DNA from: Octopus vulgaris
Taxonomy: Eukaryota
DNA length: 64,000 bases
Direction: 5' to 3'
NCBI GenBank assembly: GCA_951406725.2
Contig: OX597815.1
Coordinates: 41,602,001 to 41,666,000, forward strand
In this document: positions 12,762 through 26,700 of the stretch, in pieces
Layout: each line of letters starts with the position of its first letter
Numbering within the stretch: position 1 is the stretch's first letter
Notes under the pieces: model-generated
The model's input: only the letters and a program-made list of their open reading frames with translations
What the model was told of the DNA's origin: nothing
The model's database searches: none
Made by a program: the position numbers and the translations under genes

Positions 12762-12858
12762 TCCTGGGGTCGATTTGTTCAACTAAAGGCAGTGATCCAG
12801 CATGGTCGCAGTCAAAAATGACTAAAATGATAATGTGTGTATGTATATATATATATAG

Positions 12859-12891
<33 letters not shown>

Positions 12892-13564
12892 GCATGGAAA
12901 ACGGACGCTAAACGATGATGATGATGATATATTTAAAGGAATACAAAAAATGGGACTAGAATGCAAAACATCCAGACTGCTAGATGATACAAAAGCGAGA
13001 CAACAAAACATCCAGTCAGATGATACAAAAAAGGGACAAGAAAAAACAAGGAGAGGTCATTTCTTTTAGCTTTTTAAGTTTGAAGTTCAAATTCTCTGAA
13101 GATCAACTTTGCTTTTCATCCTTTCACAGTCCATAAAAGCACTGGGGTTTGATGTAATTGATGACCTTCCCATCTCCCAATATATCAAGCCTTGTGAAGC
13201 AAGAATTATTAGTTACTAAACATTACACAGCAACAATTTTACTGAACAATCTGAAATAAAAATTCATTGCTGAAGTTTAAAGAAACTATTTGGAACTTGC
13301 TTCATAACCTCATGGTTTCGGGTTCCACAGTTTGGTACATTGAACAAGTAACTTTCTATTACTATAGGCCTCAGGCTAACCAATTCCTTTTGAGTGAGAT
13401 TGATAGATGGAAATTGTATGGAAGCTCATTTAGTGTGTGTGTATGTGTGTCTATAGGCATATTGTGTTTTTATGACGTTGTATTCACAATCATGTGGTTT
13501 TGTTTGGTTCTACTGTGTAGCATCTTGGGCAAGTATCTTCCATCATAGCCTGAATTCAGCCAAT

Positions 13565-13982
13565 TCTTATTTCTTATTTCTTTATTGCCCACAAGGGGCT
13601 GAACATAGAGGGGACAAACAAGGACAGACAAAGGGATTAAGTCGATTACATCAACCTCAGTGCATAACTGGTACTTAATTTATCGACCCCGAAAGTATGA
13701 AAGGCAAAGTTGACCTCGGTGGAATTTGAACTCAGTACGTTACAGCAGACGAAATACCTATTTCTTTACTACCCACAAGGGGCTAAACACAGAAGGAACA
13801 AACAAGGACAGACAGATTAAGTTGATTATATCGACCCCAGTGCGTAACTGGTACTTATTTAATTGACCCCGAAAGGATGAAAGGCAAAGTCGACCTCGGT
13901 GAAATTTGAACTCAGAATGTAGCGGCAGACGAAATACAGCTAAGCATTTCGCCCAGCGTGCTAACGTTTCTGCCAGCTCGCC
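13565..13982 (-). mobile_element. Tandem (dimeric) family C SINE inserted into an old family A SINE
   Basis: Perfect 17-bp TSD GCCTGAATTCAGCCAAT (13548-13564 / 13983-13999). Two head-to-tail units carry the TTTGCCTTTCATCCTTTCGGGGTC..TAAATAAGTACCAG motif resembling the Meta domain. Confidence 0.9.
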
Positions 13983-14047
13983 GCCTGAATTCAGCCAATG
14001 CCTTCTGTATAGAACTGGTAGATGGAAACAGTGCAGCAACCTATTGT

Positions 14048-14091
<44 letters not shown>

Positions 14092-15089
14092 CTAGAGTAA
14101 GTGCAAGGAGTTTGAGCAATGATGTTGTTTGTTTTCAGTAAATTCTGTCTCATAGTTTGGCAGTTTTATGAAAGAAAAAAAAACACATAAAATAAACATA
14201 TCTGCTTGGAAAACAAGTGAGGGTTGGCAACAGAAAGAGTATCTAGATGTAGAACCAGCCAAAATGTTTCATGTAACCCATGCCAGCATGGAAAAAAGTG
14301 GACATGGAAACAATTACGATCATGATGACAACATAATACATCATGTCAATGATTTCTCATGTGTATCGCACCCAGGGAAAAGACAGGATGGTCTTGAATG
14401 GAATACCTTTGATCATAGACCTTCCTAATCAGGGCTGATTTACTGCAACATCTTGTCATATACCACTGCTCCAGTATTGCCTTTATTATTGATAAAACTT
14501 TTAAGAAATATCTTTTATTTATTCATATAGAAGCAGAGTGCTTAGATTTTCTCACCAAATAAAGACATTTTTTATTGAAAGCTGTTTGGAACTAATTGTA
14601 TGCTACTCATATAACACTGACTTCTCTCTCTCTCTCTTCTAGATATGCTCACTTTTTATCAATCACACTTCATTTCTAATTACTAGTACAATTAATTGTT
14701 GACTTTTATCTGGTGTTTATTTTAGTTTAGTCATTGCTGTTTTTCCTTTCAAATGTTACTTACATCATTTGCAATTTAAAGAAATTTTTTTTATAATTTA
14801 AGCAGTGATTAAAATACCATTTTATTTACTTGGGGGAAAAAAATGGTATTTAATATACATTTTGTAGTTTCTGACTCGGATGTTTTAACCTAATGATATC
14901 CATCCAAAGCAAAACATTAAGCTGGAAATCACTATGTTCAAGAAGCATACATGTATGGCTGTGTGGTTAAGAAGTTCACTTTGTAACCATGTGGTTTTGG
15001 GTTCAGTCCCACTACACATTACCATGGCCAAGTGTCTTAGCCCCAGAACCAATGCCTTTAGAGAGAATTTGGTAAATGTAAACACTGTA

Positions 15090-15132
<43 letters not shown>

Positions 15133-15136
<4 letters not shown>

Positions 15137-15690
15137 AGACCTGGAAACTAAAGAGAGATTGCAGCCATGGCTGATGCCAGTGTTGCATGTCCAGCCCATT
15201 TAAGAGTACCCTTGATGCGTCAAGCAATATGATATGCTTGAGAAGACCTGTTGAGTCAAGTAAAACCAAAATCGCAGTTGTGGCCAGTGCCCCTGACTGG
15301 CCCTGTTCCTGTGATATGTAAAATGCATCATCCAAACATGGTCAATGCCAGTGTTCCCTGAATGGCTCCCATGCCAGTGGCACATAAAAAGCACCATCTG
15401 AATGTGGCCAATACCAGTACTTGCTGATTGGCTCCCATGCTGGTGGCATGTAAAAAGCACTATCCGAAGGAGATCGGTGCCAGGATCACCTGACTGGTTC
15501 CTGTGCTAGTGGCATGTAAAAAACACCCACTATACTCAGAGTGGTTGGCGTTAGGAAGGACATCCAGCTGTAGAAACATTGCCAGATCAGATTGGAGCCT
15601 GGTGCAGCCACTGGCTATCCAGACCTCAATCAAACCGTCCTACCCATGCCAGCATAGAAAACGGACGTTAAACGATGATGATGATGATGA
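15133..15690 (+). mobile_element. Retroposon family B, longer copy
   Basis: Several tandem GGTGGCATGTAAAAAGCAC-type units plus the family B 3' end and (GAT)n tail. Confidence 0.85.
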
Positions 15691-15693
15691 TTT

Positions 15694-15920
15694 ATTATCA
15701 TCCAAAGTGTACAGTATTATATATCCATCACAGCTGATCTTACTAACCGGTTTCAACTAGGGGTTCAACAGAGTGTTATATTTCATTCTGTATCAGCTAC
15801 CTCTAATGAGCATAGAGTTATATAATCAGATTGTTACCTTACACTTTGTTGTACCCTAAGTGCGAAACCAGGTGGTAAGATCAGCCGTGATAGATACATC
15901 TTATTGTACATGTTGGATAA
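15694..15920 (+). mobile_element. Foldback element with about 80-bp inverted arms and a decayed hammerhead motif
   Basis: Arms ATCCAAAGTGTACAGTA...CAACAGAGTGT / ACACTTTGTTG...TGTACATGTTGGAT; core CTAATGA(15803)-GCA...TGC-GAAAC(15864). Confidence 0.7.
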
Positions 15921-17184
15921 TATGCCCACTCTATTGACAGATATACGAGTGCATCTTTCCCTAACTTGTGGACTTTTAGACAACTTACGCATATACATGT
16001 GTGTGTGTCTTTATGTTTGTACACTTACTGCTTGACAACCTTTGTGGGTTTGTTTATGTCTCTGTAACTTAGCAGTTCGGCAAAAGAGACTAGTAGAATA
16101 AGTGCCAACAAAAAAAGAAAAGAAATGCTGCAGTCAATTTATTTGACTAAACTCTTAAAGGTAGTGCCCCAGCATGGCCACTGTCCTGTTTATTCCAGTA
16201 ATGCAAAAGTAAATTGTAGAGAATCTGAGTGGACAATTAAATACTAACAAAACACTTAAAACAGAAAAAATTATCTTAAAATAATGAGTAAAATGAGGAA
16301 TATGTTTCACCTGATACATTTTCTTTCAGAACAGTTCAAGTGCAAGTTTACCAGTTCATTTGCTTTCAAAGATTGTGACACACCGTAATACATCCTAGTT
16401 GGTGGGTGAATGATATCCTCTAGGTACAGCGCAGCTGCAGATAAAAGCATTTGGAGGGTTAATGATTGTGCACTTTTGGTTATGAGAGTGATGTAAGGGG
16501 ATATACCAAAAGGATGATATCAGTTATTTGTGTAGATGTTTTGGATGAATAAGAGGAAGACTAGAAGCAGATTTGATGTGGAAGCAAGTCAGTGTAGAAT
16601 TAATAGAGTTCCGATTAGTTGGCTGACTTAGTGCCAGACAAGCAATTTAAAGGAGTTGGTGTTGTGGAGGAAGTAATTCAATGTGGGAGTGAGTTGCCTA
16701 TATTTAGCAGGGACCAGCCAATCCTATGGGAGCAAAGAATGTAATAGCAGGGCTTAGTATTTATTCAGTTTGGGAAATAATTTTGCTAAAATCATTAAGT
16801 ATAAGGACCAGCCACACATGTAGAAGTTCATTCTGTAAGCTTCAGATAACTTATTTGAGGTTCCTTATTGTCACTTCGTTTTCTGTTAAAAATTTGCTTA
16901 AAGGCTGTTAGCAATTTATAACTATCGTAATTCATCATTGTTTTTAATACACCCCCCCCCCCCCCGCCACATATTACCATGGATTGGACAAGACTTATTG
17001 AAGCAATATTTTGCCGCCAAATATCATTCTTGTCAGCCCTTGCTTGTTTTTCACACAAGGTATGGTCATTCCACTGGCTTTGATACATGAAAACACCACT
17101 GATACAGGATATTACAGGAACTAAAAACACTGTCTCTGTTTTTGTTCACCAGATGCCAATATGAAAATGCCTGGAAGCATTCAA

Positions 17185-17625
17185 ATATGGCTGTGTGGTA
17201 AGAAGTTTGCTTCCCAACCACATGCTTCTAAGTTCAGTTTCATTGTATGGTACCTTGGGCAAGTGTTTTCTACTAGCCCTGGGTCGACCAAAGCCTACTG
17301 AATGGATTTAATAGATGAAAACTGAAAGAAGCCCATCATATAAATATACATGTGTGTGTGAGAGAGAGAGAGAGTGTGTGTGTTTTGTGTCTCCTTATTT
17401 TGACATCATGTAATTGTTGTAAATGACTGCCACTGTAATAAAAACAGAGTGTCATTCATTTTCAATATTCCACAAGGACATGTCTGGCCAATGGGGAAAT
17501 ATTTCTTCGCTTGGAAACAGGTGAGGGTTGGTGACAGGAAAGGCTTCCAATCATAGAAAATCTGTCTTAATTTTTCTCAAGCCTGTGCAAGCATGGAAAA
17601 GTGGATGTTAAATAATGCTGATGGT
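17185..17625 (+). mobile_element. SINE family A'
   Basis: Family A head plus alternative 3' module. Confidence 0.75.
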
Positions 17626-17981
17626 ATATTGAGCTTCCATTCAGTTTCCATCGACTAAATTTTATTCACAAGGCATTTTCCAGCTCAAGGCTTTAGCAGA
17701 AAATACTATACTACTTAATGTGCCACAGAATGAGGTGGAATTATATTCATTTCTACTCTAGGCACAAAGCCCAAAATTTGTGGGGAGAGGGCCAGTCAAT
17801 TAGATTGACCCCAGTACGCAACTGGTACTTAATTTATTGACCCCGAAAGGATGAAAGGCAAAGTCGACATCAGTGGAATTTGAAAGAGATAAAATTAATT
17901 ATATTGTCACAAAGAAAGCCTCTTAACTTTTCAGCCACACCTGTGCTTCAGTTTTAGTCTAAGGTCTTCTTTTTCATTTAA

Positions 17982-18201
17982 CTCATCAGCATTTAAACTG
18001 GCCTTAGCTGACCAAAAGATTCTATTTGTTTTATGCTCAAACTAACCAAATACAGTCTTTCATACCTACCTCACAATGTTATACCAAAAGTAAACAAACC
18101 CATAATCAAAGTCACAAAGCTAAAAGATATTGCATGATTAATTCAAAACAAAGTGATTAAATAAGCATTATGTTTGACAGAATAATCTGAATTTTAAATG
18201 G
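17982..18201. mobile_element. piggyBac-like MITE, degenerate
   Basis: Homologous to 42881-43087; TTAA on both sides. Confidence 0.6.
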
Positions 18202-18849
18202 TTAAGGTGTCTTTTGACTGATACCCTCTCTATTTATGACCTACAACTTAAACAATAATTTGATTTCTTTTTTTTTTTTTTCCTCTCCCCACTGCAGTTC
18301 AGCATCATTTCAAATCTGATGTCTTTAATTTTGTTCCAGTTTCTTCAACCTTCCATCAACATTTAATCATGTTGCTAACTAGAAAAAATTGGCTTGGTAT
18401 ATAATACTTCTACTTTAAGTAGATGTTGCTTGTAAATTTTTCCAACTACAAATATATTCTATTTTATTAGCCAAGGACCAAGATTGTTTATCAAGGATTT
18501 AAATATCACATTTCAATTTTACATTTAAAAACTTATTTATGAAAAAAAGTTGATGTTTATTGATTATCATAAAGAAACTTTGACGTGCAGTACTTATTAA
18601 CATAAGTCAGAATCAGTGTCATTGCAATTGAAGCTCCAAGCTTTGGAGTAAAATGACTATAGTAATTTATTTATTTATTTTTTAACTGTATCAGATTATT
18701 CCCACCACCCTCCCACCCTAGACACTGATGTCTTTATTGTCACAGTTAATTCTTTAGTTTTTCTTTTGAATCTAAACATTCAATTTGTTTCATTTGTCAG
18801 TTTCTTTCTTCTAAAATACCCACTAATGGGATTTTGAACAACTAGTTTT

Positions 18850-19236
18850 CATCATCATTGTTTTAACTTTCACTTTTCCATGCTTGCATGGGTCAAATAG
18901 AATTTGCTGAAGCAGATTTTCTACAGCTAGATGTCTGTCCTGTTACCAACCTTCTGTTTCCATAAGATATTATTTCTCCATGGCCAGACATATTTTCACA
19001 GAATATTAGAAATAAAGAACACTGCTTGCACAACAGTGACACTTGTGTACAATTTTCATGTGATGTCAAGGTAGTACAAATATGTGCACACACACACACA
19101 CACACACACATATTTATCTACCAAATTTGTTCACAAGTTTTTAGTTGGCCTGGGGCTATAGCAGAAGGCATTTGCCCATGCAGTGAGACAGAATCCAGAA
19201 CCATGCGACTGAGAAGCAAAGCCACACCTATGCCTA
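18850..19236 (-). mobile_element. SINE family A', degenerate
   Basis: Homologous to 7020-7470. Confidence 0.7.
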
Positions 19237-19258
19237 TGAATATATATATATATATATA

Positions 19259-19653
19259 TAGGAGTGGCTGTGTGGTAAGTAGCTAGCTAACCTACCACAT
19301 GGTTCCGGGTTCAGTCCCACTGCGTGGCATCTTGGGTAAATGTCTTCTGCTATAGCCCCGGGCCGACCAATGCCTTGTGAGTGGATTTGGTAGACAGAAA
19401 CTGAAAGAAGCCTGTCATATATATGTATATATATGTGTGTGTGTGTATGTGTTTGTGTGTCTGTGTTTGTCCCCCTAGCATTGCTTGATAACCGATGCTG
19501 GTGTGTTTACGTCCCCGTCACTTAGCGGTTCGGCAAAAGAGACCGATAGAATAAGTACTGGGCTTACAAAGAATAAGTCCCGGGGTCGATTTGCTCGACT
19601 AAAAGGCGGTGCTCCAGCATGGCCGCAGTCAAATGACTGAAACAAGTAAAAGA

Positions 19654-19654
<1 letters not shown>
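19259..19654 (+). mobile_element. SINE family A, full length, young
   Basis: CpG-rich, near-consensus copy flanked by (TA)n. Confidence 0.93.
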
Positions 19655-19689
<35 letters not shown>

Positions 19690-19851
19690 CAAAATGGGAC
19701 AAGAATGCAAAACATCCGGACAGCTAGGTGATACATAAAGGGACAACAAAACATCCAGATAGACAATACAAAGAAAACAAAGATGAGTCATTCGAAGCCC
19801 TCTATCCTCAGTCAAGCACCAGATTATCCTCACAATTTTGGCTGATAAATA

Positions 19852-20240
19852 TATGATGATGATGATATATAAATTAATGAATGACAAAATATCAGAAGTC
19901 ATGTGATCACCTTCAAGCCAACAGGCTAATTGAACAGCTGAATGCATTAATGCACTGCTTCTTATAGCAGTAACAGCTGTAAGCTAATGAAGGTGATTGT
20001 GTGACTCCTGTTCCTTTATTATTCATTAACTTTAGAGTAAAGTATCAGGAGAGTACAGAGTGTAATATCAGTTAATGAATGACAAAGGAATAGAAGTTAC
20101 ACAATCGCCAGCAATAGCTTACAGCTGTTACCGATATAAGAAACAGTGCATTAATGCATTCAGCTGATACATTAGCCTATTGGCTAATGAAGGTGATTAC
20201 ATAGCTTATCATTCATTAATTTATATATCATCATCGTATA
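19852..20240. repeat. Long inverted repeat with about 170-bp arms, each arm itself quasi-palindromic
   Basis: 19852-20031 is the diverged reverse complement of 20070-20240 (e.g. AACAGCTGTAAGCTA / TAGCTTACAGCTGTT). Confidence 0.85.
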
Positions 20241-20672
20241 TATCAGGCATAAGTGTGGCTGTGGTAAGAAGTTTGCTTTCCAATCACATGATTCTGGGTT
20301 CAGTTTCACTGCATGGGCAAGTATCTTCTACCATAGTACCAGGCTAACAAAAGACTTGTGGATGAATTTTATATATATATATCATCATCATATATATATA
20401 TATATATATATCATTTACCATCTGTTTTCCATGCTGGCATGAGTTGGCTGGTTTGACCAGAACTGGTAAGGCCAGGGGCCACACCAGGTTTCATTGTCTG
20501 TTCTAATTTGGTTTCCACCCATTACACTTTCAGAGTGGTTGGCATTAGGAAAGGCATCCAGCCATAGAAAACCATGCCAAATCAGACTGGAGGCTGGTGC
20601 AGCCTTTCAATGTGCCAGCCCAGTCAAACCATCCAACCCATACCAGCATAGACAATGGACGCTAAATGGTGA

Positions 20673-20708
<36 letters not shown>

Positions 20709-23529
20709 TCGTATGTGTGTATATGTTTTTGTTTGTGCTTGCTCCTCCACCACTGCTTGCAATCAGTGTTGATGTGTTTACATCTCTCAGTTCAATATAG
20801 ATAGAATAAGCACCAGGCTTTAAAAAAATTAAAAAAGTACTGGGGTGAATCTGTTCAACCAAACCCTTGAAGGTAGTGCCCTCATGTGGCTACAGTCAAA
20901 TGAATGAAACGATAAAAGATAAAAGATATATAAAAATTTTCACGCCCATACACTCCATCCTAAGTACTTTTAGTAGCCTCTCTGGACACAAAAATTAACC
21001 TTTCCTATAAAGAGATCAGAAGTTCTCAAGTGCAGTAGATTTTCAATGAATAAATAAATATGTTTTGATTATTTGTATTTTTAATTGAGACTCTTGAATA
21101 AGAGAACTGAAGGACAAATTTTTATTTTGAATTATTCTGCACCCAGCTGTATAGAAAATGTTCCTTTTCCTGCTAGTTTTGTTGTGTTATCCCTTGGTTT
21201 TCTTGTAAATATTATTTCCAAATACATCACAGGCCACACAAGAAGACCCAGCAGGCTATAATGTTGTGCAGGCCTGCTGTAAAGTATGACATGGAACAGA
21301 TTGTCTTCAATATGAAACATACTGCTGCCATCCCAATATGAAACAGTAAGGAACAGTATTTCTGTAGAATATTTCCCAAATCTATTTTATTAGTTTGGCA
21401 TACAAAAAATAGGTTGTTATGGAAAAAGTATAATACAGTTACTGTCAGTAAAGTATATTTAATAAATAATAAACTGGACTGTGAGAAGGGAGAAAAGAGA
21501 GAGAGGGAGATGAGGAACATCAACGTTGTGCTTGTTTATGTCTGTTTCTCTTCAGTTCCTCTTTCTCTCTTTTTCTCAGCCCATGTATGCTACTAGGTCA
21601 CAAAGATCTATTTGCTGGAGACTGCTGTAGTTTAATACTACAAATGTTTCAATGCTCTCTTTAGGGATTGTGTGTGCCACATGTATCAGACTAGAGAGGG
21701 AGGTGGAAGGAAAAACAGCAGCTTCCTTCTTTTCCTTTACATTTCCATGTCTTTGGTAGCCAATTAAAAGACAGCCTTTAAGCAGCTCCTGCTATGTTTC
21801 TGTCACCAAAGTGGAAGAGAGAAGAGTTGCTGAGTACAGATTCTATCTTGTACAATAACCATCTTTCTGCATCAACTAGTGGTACTCCAGATACATAAAA
21901 AAGAAAATAAGAATATAGAAAAGCAACATTTGCTATACCCATTAGACACACTCACATTCTTACTCACATGCACACACACACACACACGCTTTCTCCCTCG
22001 CTCTCCCCTTCCATTCTTCTCCATGCTTTTCAAATCTGGTGTATTTTCTGCCCCTTTTTTTTTCTTTCATATAAAACTATCCATAGGTTGTTTCTTTTCA
22101 TCCATAACTTACTTGGAACAGTTCATCTCCTGGTCACTATGTCTGAGACATTCTTAATGTCCCCACATAGAATTTTCAGGTATTAGCAGAAAAATCTATT
22201 TTATCTTTTTTTTTTATTCTAAGAAAACTAGAAACTTACTAGTCAGACAATCTTACTGACAAAACAAAAACAATAAAAAGATACACCACTGTCTGCTCCT
22301 TTGCTTTCTACAGTCTTTTTTCTTCTACTTCATTATGTCTGTCTATATTTTGGGGTGAGGATGAGGAGGGAGCTTCATTATCTGTCTGTATCTGCCCATC
22401 TCCCTCCCCTTTTCTATTCTCCCCTCTTTCTGCTCCTCTTCTCTGTATCTTTTTTTCCTTTTACCCACATTTCTCTTGCTTTATTACATTTTTTATTTTA
22501 TTATATGTTCTCTTTTGTTTTTCTTTGTTTTTTTTCTCTTGCTTCTCTTTTCCTTTCTTTTTCAGTCTCTCACTATTGCTGGCTGTCTATCTCTCTCCTT
22601 TTTCTATCTCTTTCATTTTTCTATCAGACTACTTCTGATATTTTGTGAGTGTGTATGGAAAAGAGAGAGAAGATGGCGAGACTTCTCTAACTCTTCTCAG
22701 TTTAAAAATTCATATCCCACTGCTGTTGCTATTCATGTTTTTTGATCAAATTATTTTATTCAGACTACTATGGTGTGGGAAATGAGTGAAATCTTTCAAT
22801 TACAGCAAGCTATAAAATCCTTTACTTTGTGGTAAAATTACAAGCCATAAAAATCTTGATTAACAAAATATTACAACTTTACAATCCAAATTTATCCAAA
22901 CCATGCTAGTGTGAAATAGAAGAAGAGAAGGTGGAGGACTAATGTACTTTCTTAAGAAGAATGTTTGTGTATTAAATCTTTTATAAAACTTAGAGTATGA
23001 AGATATATATAGCAATAAATATAGTGTTAAAATAATCACAAAGTATATCCAGTTTTGCCAGCTCATTCTTTTTGAGGCTGTACATACAGAAACAACTATT
23101 TTCTAAATGTGCTTATTTAACAATTTTTCTTCATTTCTTTCAAAACTAAAAGTAGTTTGTTTTTTCTTATATATATATATATATATATTGATGTCAAGGA
23201 CATTCTTTGATTAAAAGAACAAAACCTAAAAATCTTGCTGAAAAAGAGTTGTTCTTTGTTTAATAACTATTTGTTAAAGCATAACATTGTTTTTTTTCTT
23301 CATTTTCTGTCTTTGGTCAAAAAGGAGATTGTTCTTTTTTTAATTATTTTAACTGTTGGCTATATTATTCAATTTTGACCAGTATACAAAAGTAAAATTA
23401 ATTTCAGAATGTTCTAATAATAAAAAAACTATTTTATAGATAAGCTTTTCCTGGGTCTACCACAATTAGGGGTTGACCCAGGAAGACATGGGGTAAAGTA
23501 GTGAGATAAGCTCTTCAGATATGTAAGTT

Positions 23530-23823
23530 GCGCATCCATGCTGGCACCACAAAAAAATTGTCCATGCCAGTGCTATGTAAAAGTACCGATGCTGGTACCA
23601 CATAAAAGTACCTGTACTGGTATCACATAAAAACACCTGTGCTGGTGCCATATACAAAGCATCCAGTACACTCTGTGAAATGGCCGGTGTTAGGAAGGAC
23701 ATCCAGCTGTATAAATCATGCCAAAATAAACAGTTGGAACCTGAGCAGCTCCCCAACTGGCCAGTTCCTGTCAAACTATCCAACCCATGCCAGCATGGAA
23801 GCAGACATTAAACAATGATGATG
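23530..23823 (+). mobile_element. Retroposon family B, degenerate
   Basis: Tandem GCTGGTACCACATAAAAGTACC-type units, GTTAGGAAGGACATCCAGCTG and ATG tail. Confidence 0.75.
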
Positions 23824-24167
23824 AAGCTTTTGAATAAAGTAATTTAATTTGAATCTTTAAAACCGCTTTTGTTCTTGAACAAGGAAGCATTTACTCAAGC
23901 TCCCCAGTTGAACCTTGCTCTCCTTCTTTTGCCAGCCAACCATTCTATTCTCACATCTTGTGCTAGATAACTCCATTCTTCCCATATTCAACTCAAGAAA
24001 TATATATCTCCTTTATGTTGTTTCACTTAATTACAGTATTTCTGTCTTCAGATCATAAGTATCGAATTGAGTTCTATTTTGGCTTGGCTCATAAACCTCT
24101 TTACACTGAATTATTGTTAATTATTGTTAATGGTTTCTCATGATCTGACTGACTTAATTGTCTACAC

Positions 24168-24458
24168 TGGTGGTTCTCAATGCCTTTAACTCTGTGATAC
24201 ACTGCAACTGCTATATTTTGCATAAAAAGTTAAGATAAAAACCTGTTTTATAATTAAAATTTTTGAAAAAATATCAAAACCTACTGCTTATCTTGTTTAT
24301 TAATCATATTTGTGTATAACAAAATTACGTTTTTCAAGAAGTTCAAGCATTTATATGGGTTTTCTAAAGCCTTAAACTATATTCTTTAAAATCCATGCTG
24401 CACCAGATACCCTTCAAGGTTTACCAATACACCACAGCATATAGTTTGAAAACCACTG
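24168..24458. mobile_element. hAT (Charlie-like) MITE
   Basis: TIRs (tg)GTGGTTCTCAA / TTGAAAACCACTG; imperfect 8-bp TSD GTCTACAC/GTGTACAG. Confidence 0.75.
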
Positions 24459-26669
24459 GTGTACAGTGTAAAAGAAAATGTAGACTTTTTTCTGTCATTT
24501 TTTCCTATATATCACAGATTTTCTTTTTACTTTATTCTAAAAATCTCTAGGGTTTTCCTAGTTCTTGACACTTCTAAACCCTAATTCTCAGGGTGTGCTT
24601 AACACAGAAAAAAGCTCACACTGTCAAGATAAAGAAGAAAGAAAGAAGAAACGAAAAATAATATTGGTGACTAGTAAGATGTGATAAATCTTCTGCATAA
24701 CTGGTTTGCTAAAATGCAATGTGGCAAATCAGTCACCAGTGTCTTTCTCATCTTTCTCTTCTCAAAATATCCTTCTTTCCATTTGACCACCCCTTTCATC
24801 CCTCATGTTCTCCCCAAGTTTTGTTTTCTATTTGTCAAAAATGTATAAAACATCAAGAAAAGTACTTTATTTTTCACTTTTTTTTGTGTTTGTACTTTGA
24901 ATTGTTTAAAAAAAAAAAATTGTCTAGCTTGCTAAGAAAGATGTTTTAAAGAAACATTTTTAAAGAGTCAACTGTGATAAATTAACTACATCTATTGTGT
25001 TTTGAAGGAAATTTCTTTCACTCTGCTAAAAAGCACTTAGTTTTTATCTTGTTTGCTTTCTTTTAATTTTAACATGCCTATTGTCTGTCTTATGACAGTT
25101 TGTGAATTTGTTTCTCAGTTGGCAGTTATCTGAAAAAATTCATGTTATAGTATTATTTTTGGCTTTGGGATTTTGTGACAAAAAAAAAATCATTAGCTGA
25201 AATATATCATTAATGCTAAATTCAAAACATGCCAGAAACCAAACAGAAAGATAAAGACCATTCATTGTTCATCAATTCTTTTGCTTGACGCATTTGTTCA
25301 GCATGAAATTGGTGTATTGAATCCCACATTCCTAAAGTAGTTCCAACCACTTAAAAGAAATATTTCTTCTTTCTAACTATTTCCACTGCTGAGACAAGAA
25401 ATTCTTTTGGCTTTTCTAGTTGACATTATATATTGCTGATGTAGATACAATTTGCCAGTGAGAAACTTAGTCTATGATTCTAGCTAGGATTCAAATCCTG
25501 CTGAGACCAATGAGGCCAACTTAGTAAATTATTCATTTAGAATTCATAAAATCTGCATCAAATAGCAGAGATCATGTGGGTGGGTGGGAGTTTGTGTGAG
25601 AATTTAGTAAAGGATTATTGTACTAGCAGGATGTGTCATATAGTTCATGTAGTTTTAGCTTCAAGTTCAATCCCTACTGTCTCAGTAACTAACATATAAT
25701 CATCATCAGTGTTATAAGATTCATTTTTCCCATGCTTGCATGGACGAAAGAAAATTTCTTGAAGCAGACTTTTTATGGCTGAATGTTTTTCCTGTCACCA
25801 ATCCTTACCTATTTCTTGTGAAAGGCATCCAACTGTAAAAACCATACCAAAACAGACAGTGGAGCTTAGTGCAATCTCCTGGCTTGCCAACTCCTGTCAA
25901 ATCATCCAACTCATGCCAGCATGATAGATGGACGTCAAATGAGAAGGATGATGAAGTGAGATAATATATTCCCTAAACCTTTGAACATGAACAAGTACAA
26001 CTGGATGGACATCTCTTGTCACAAAAAGATATAAACAAACAACACTGCTTGTATGAAGGAGACATTTGTTTGTAATTAACATATGACATCAAAGTAAGGA
26101 AACACAAACATACACACACACCAACACTTGATGGGCTACTTTTAGTTTTTGTCTACAAAATCCACTCATAAGGCTTTGTTTGACCCAGGGCTATAGTAAA
26201 AGACACTTCAATAAGATGCCATACAATGGGACTGAATCCAAAACCATGTGCTTGGGAAACAAACTTCTATGAAAGCCCATAAATGAAATGAACAGATCTT
26301 ACACAGCTTGCAATGCTAGTAAAATGGCATCAAGATGAAAAGCAATGAGAAACCACAAAAAAAAGGGTTTACAGTTTGTGTAGCAGCAAAACTGTTGACA
26401 GCGAAAGTAGTCAAATGTACAAGTTTAAAAATAAGAATAAACAGTGAAATGAATATCTATTTTAAATGGATGCAGATTAAAGCATATACACAAAGTGTGT
26501 ATGAGAGAGTGCATATGTCTGCTATACATTATTGCAGTTAGGTAAGGTAAAGGATGAGGAACTATTTAAAAGTAACAATTTCTGCATCTGTCAACACAAA
26601 ATAATTTCTTTGTAGGTGCATAGGATGTGAAGAAGTTTTAGTCTGCACTTTGTCTTTCTCTGCTGCTTT

Positions 26670-26700
<31 letters not shown>

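Noticed and set aside
12235-12892. Long YI/CV-rich ORFs (also 29112-29553, 44756-45246, 58927-59768)
   Set aside because: Translations of (TA)/(TG) microsatellites, which lack stop codons.
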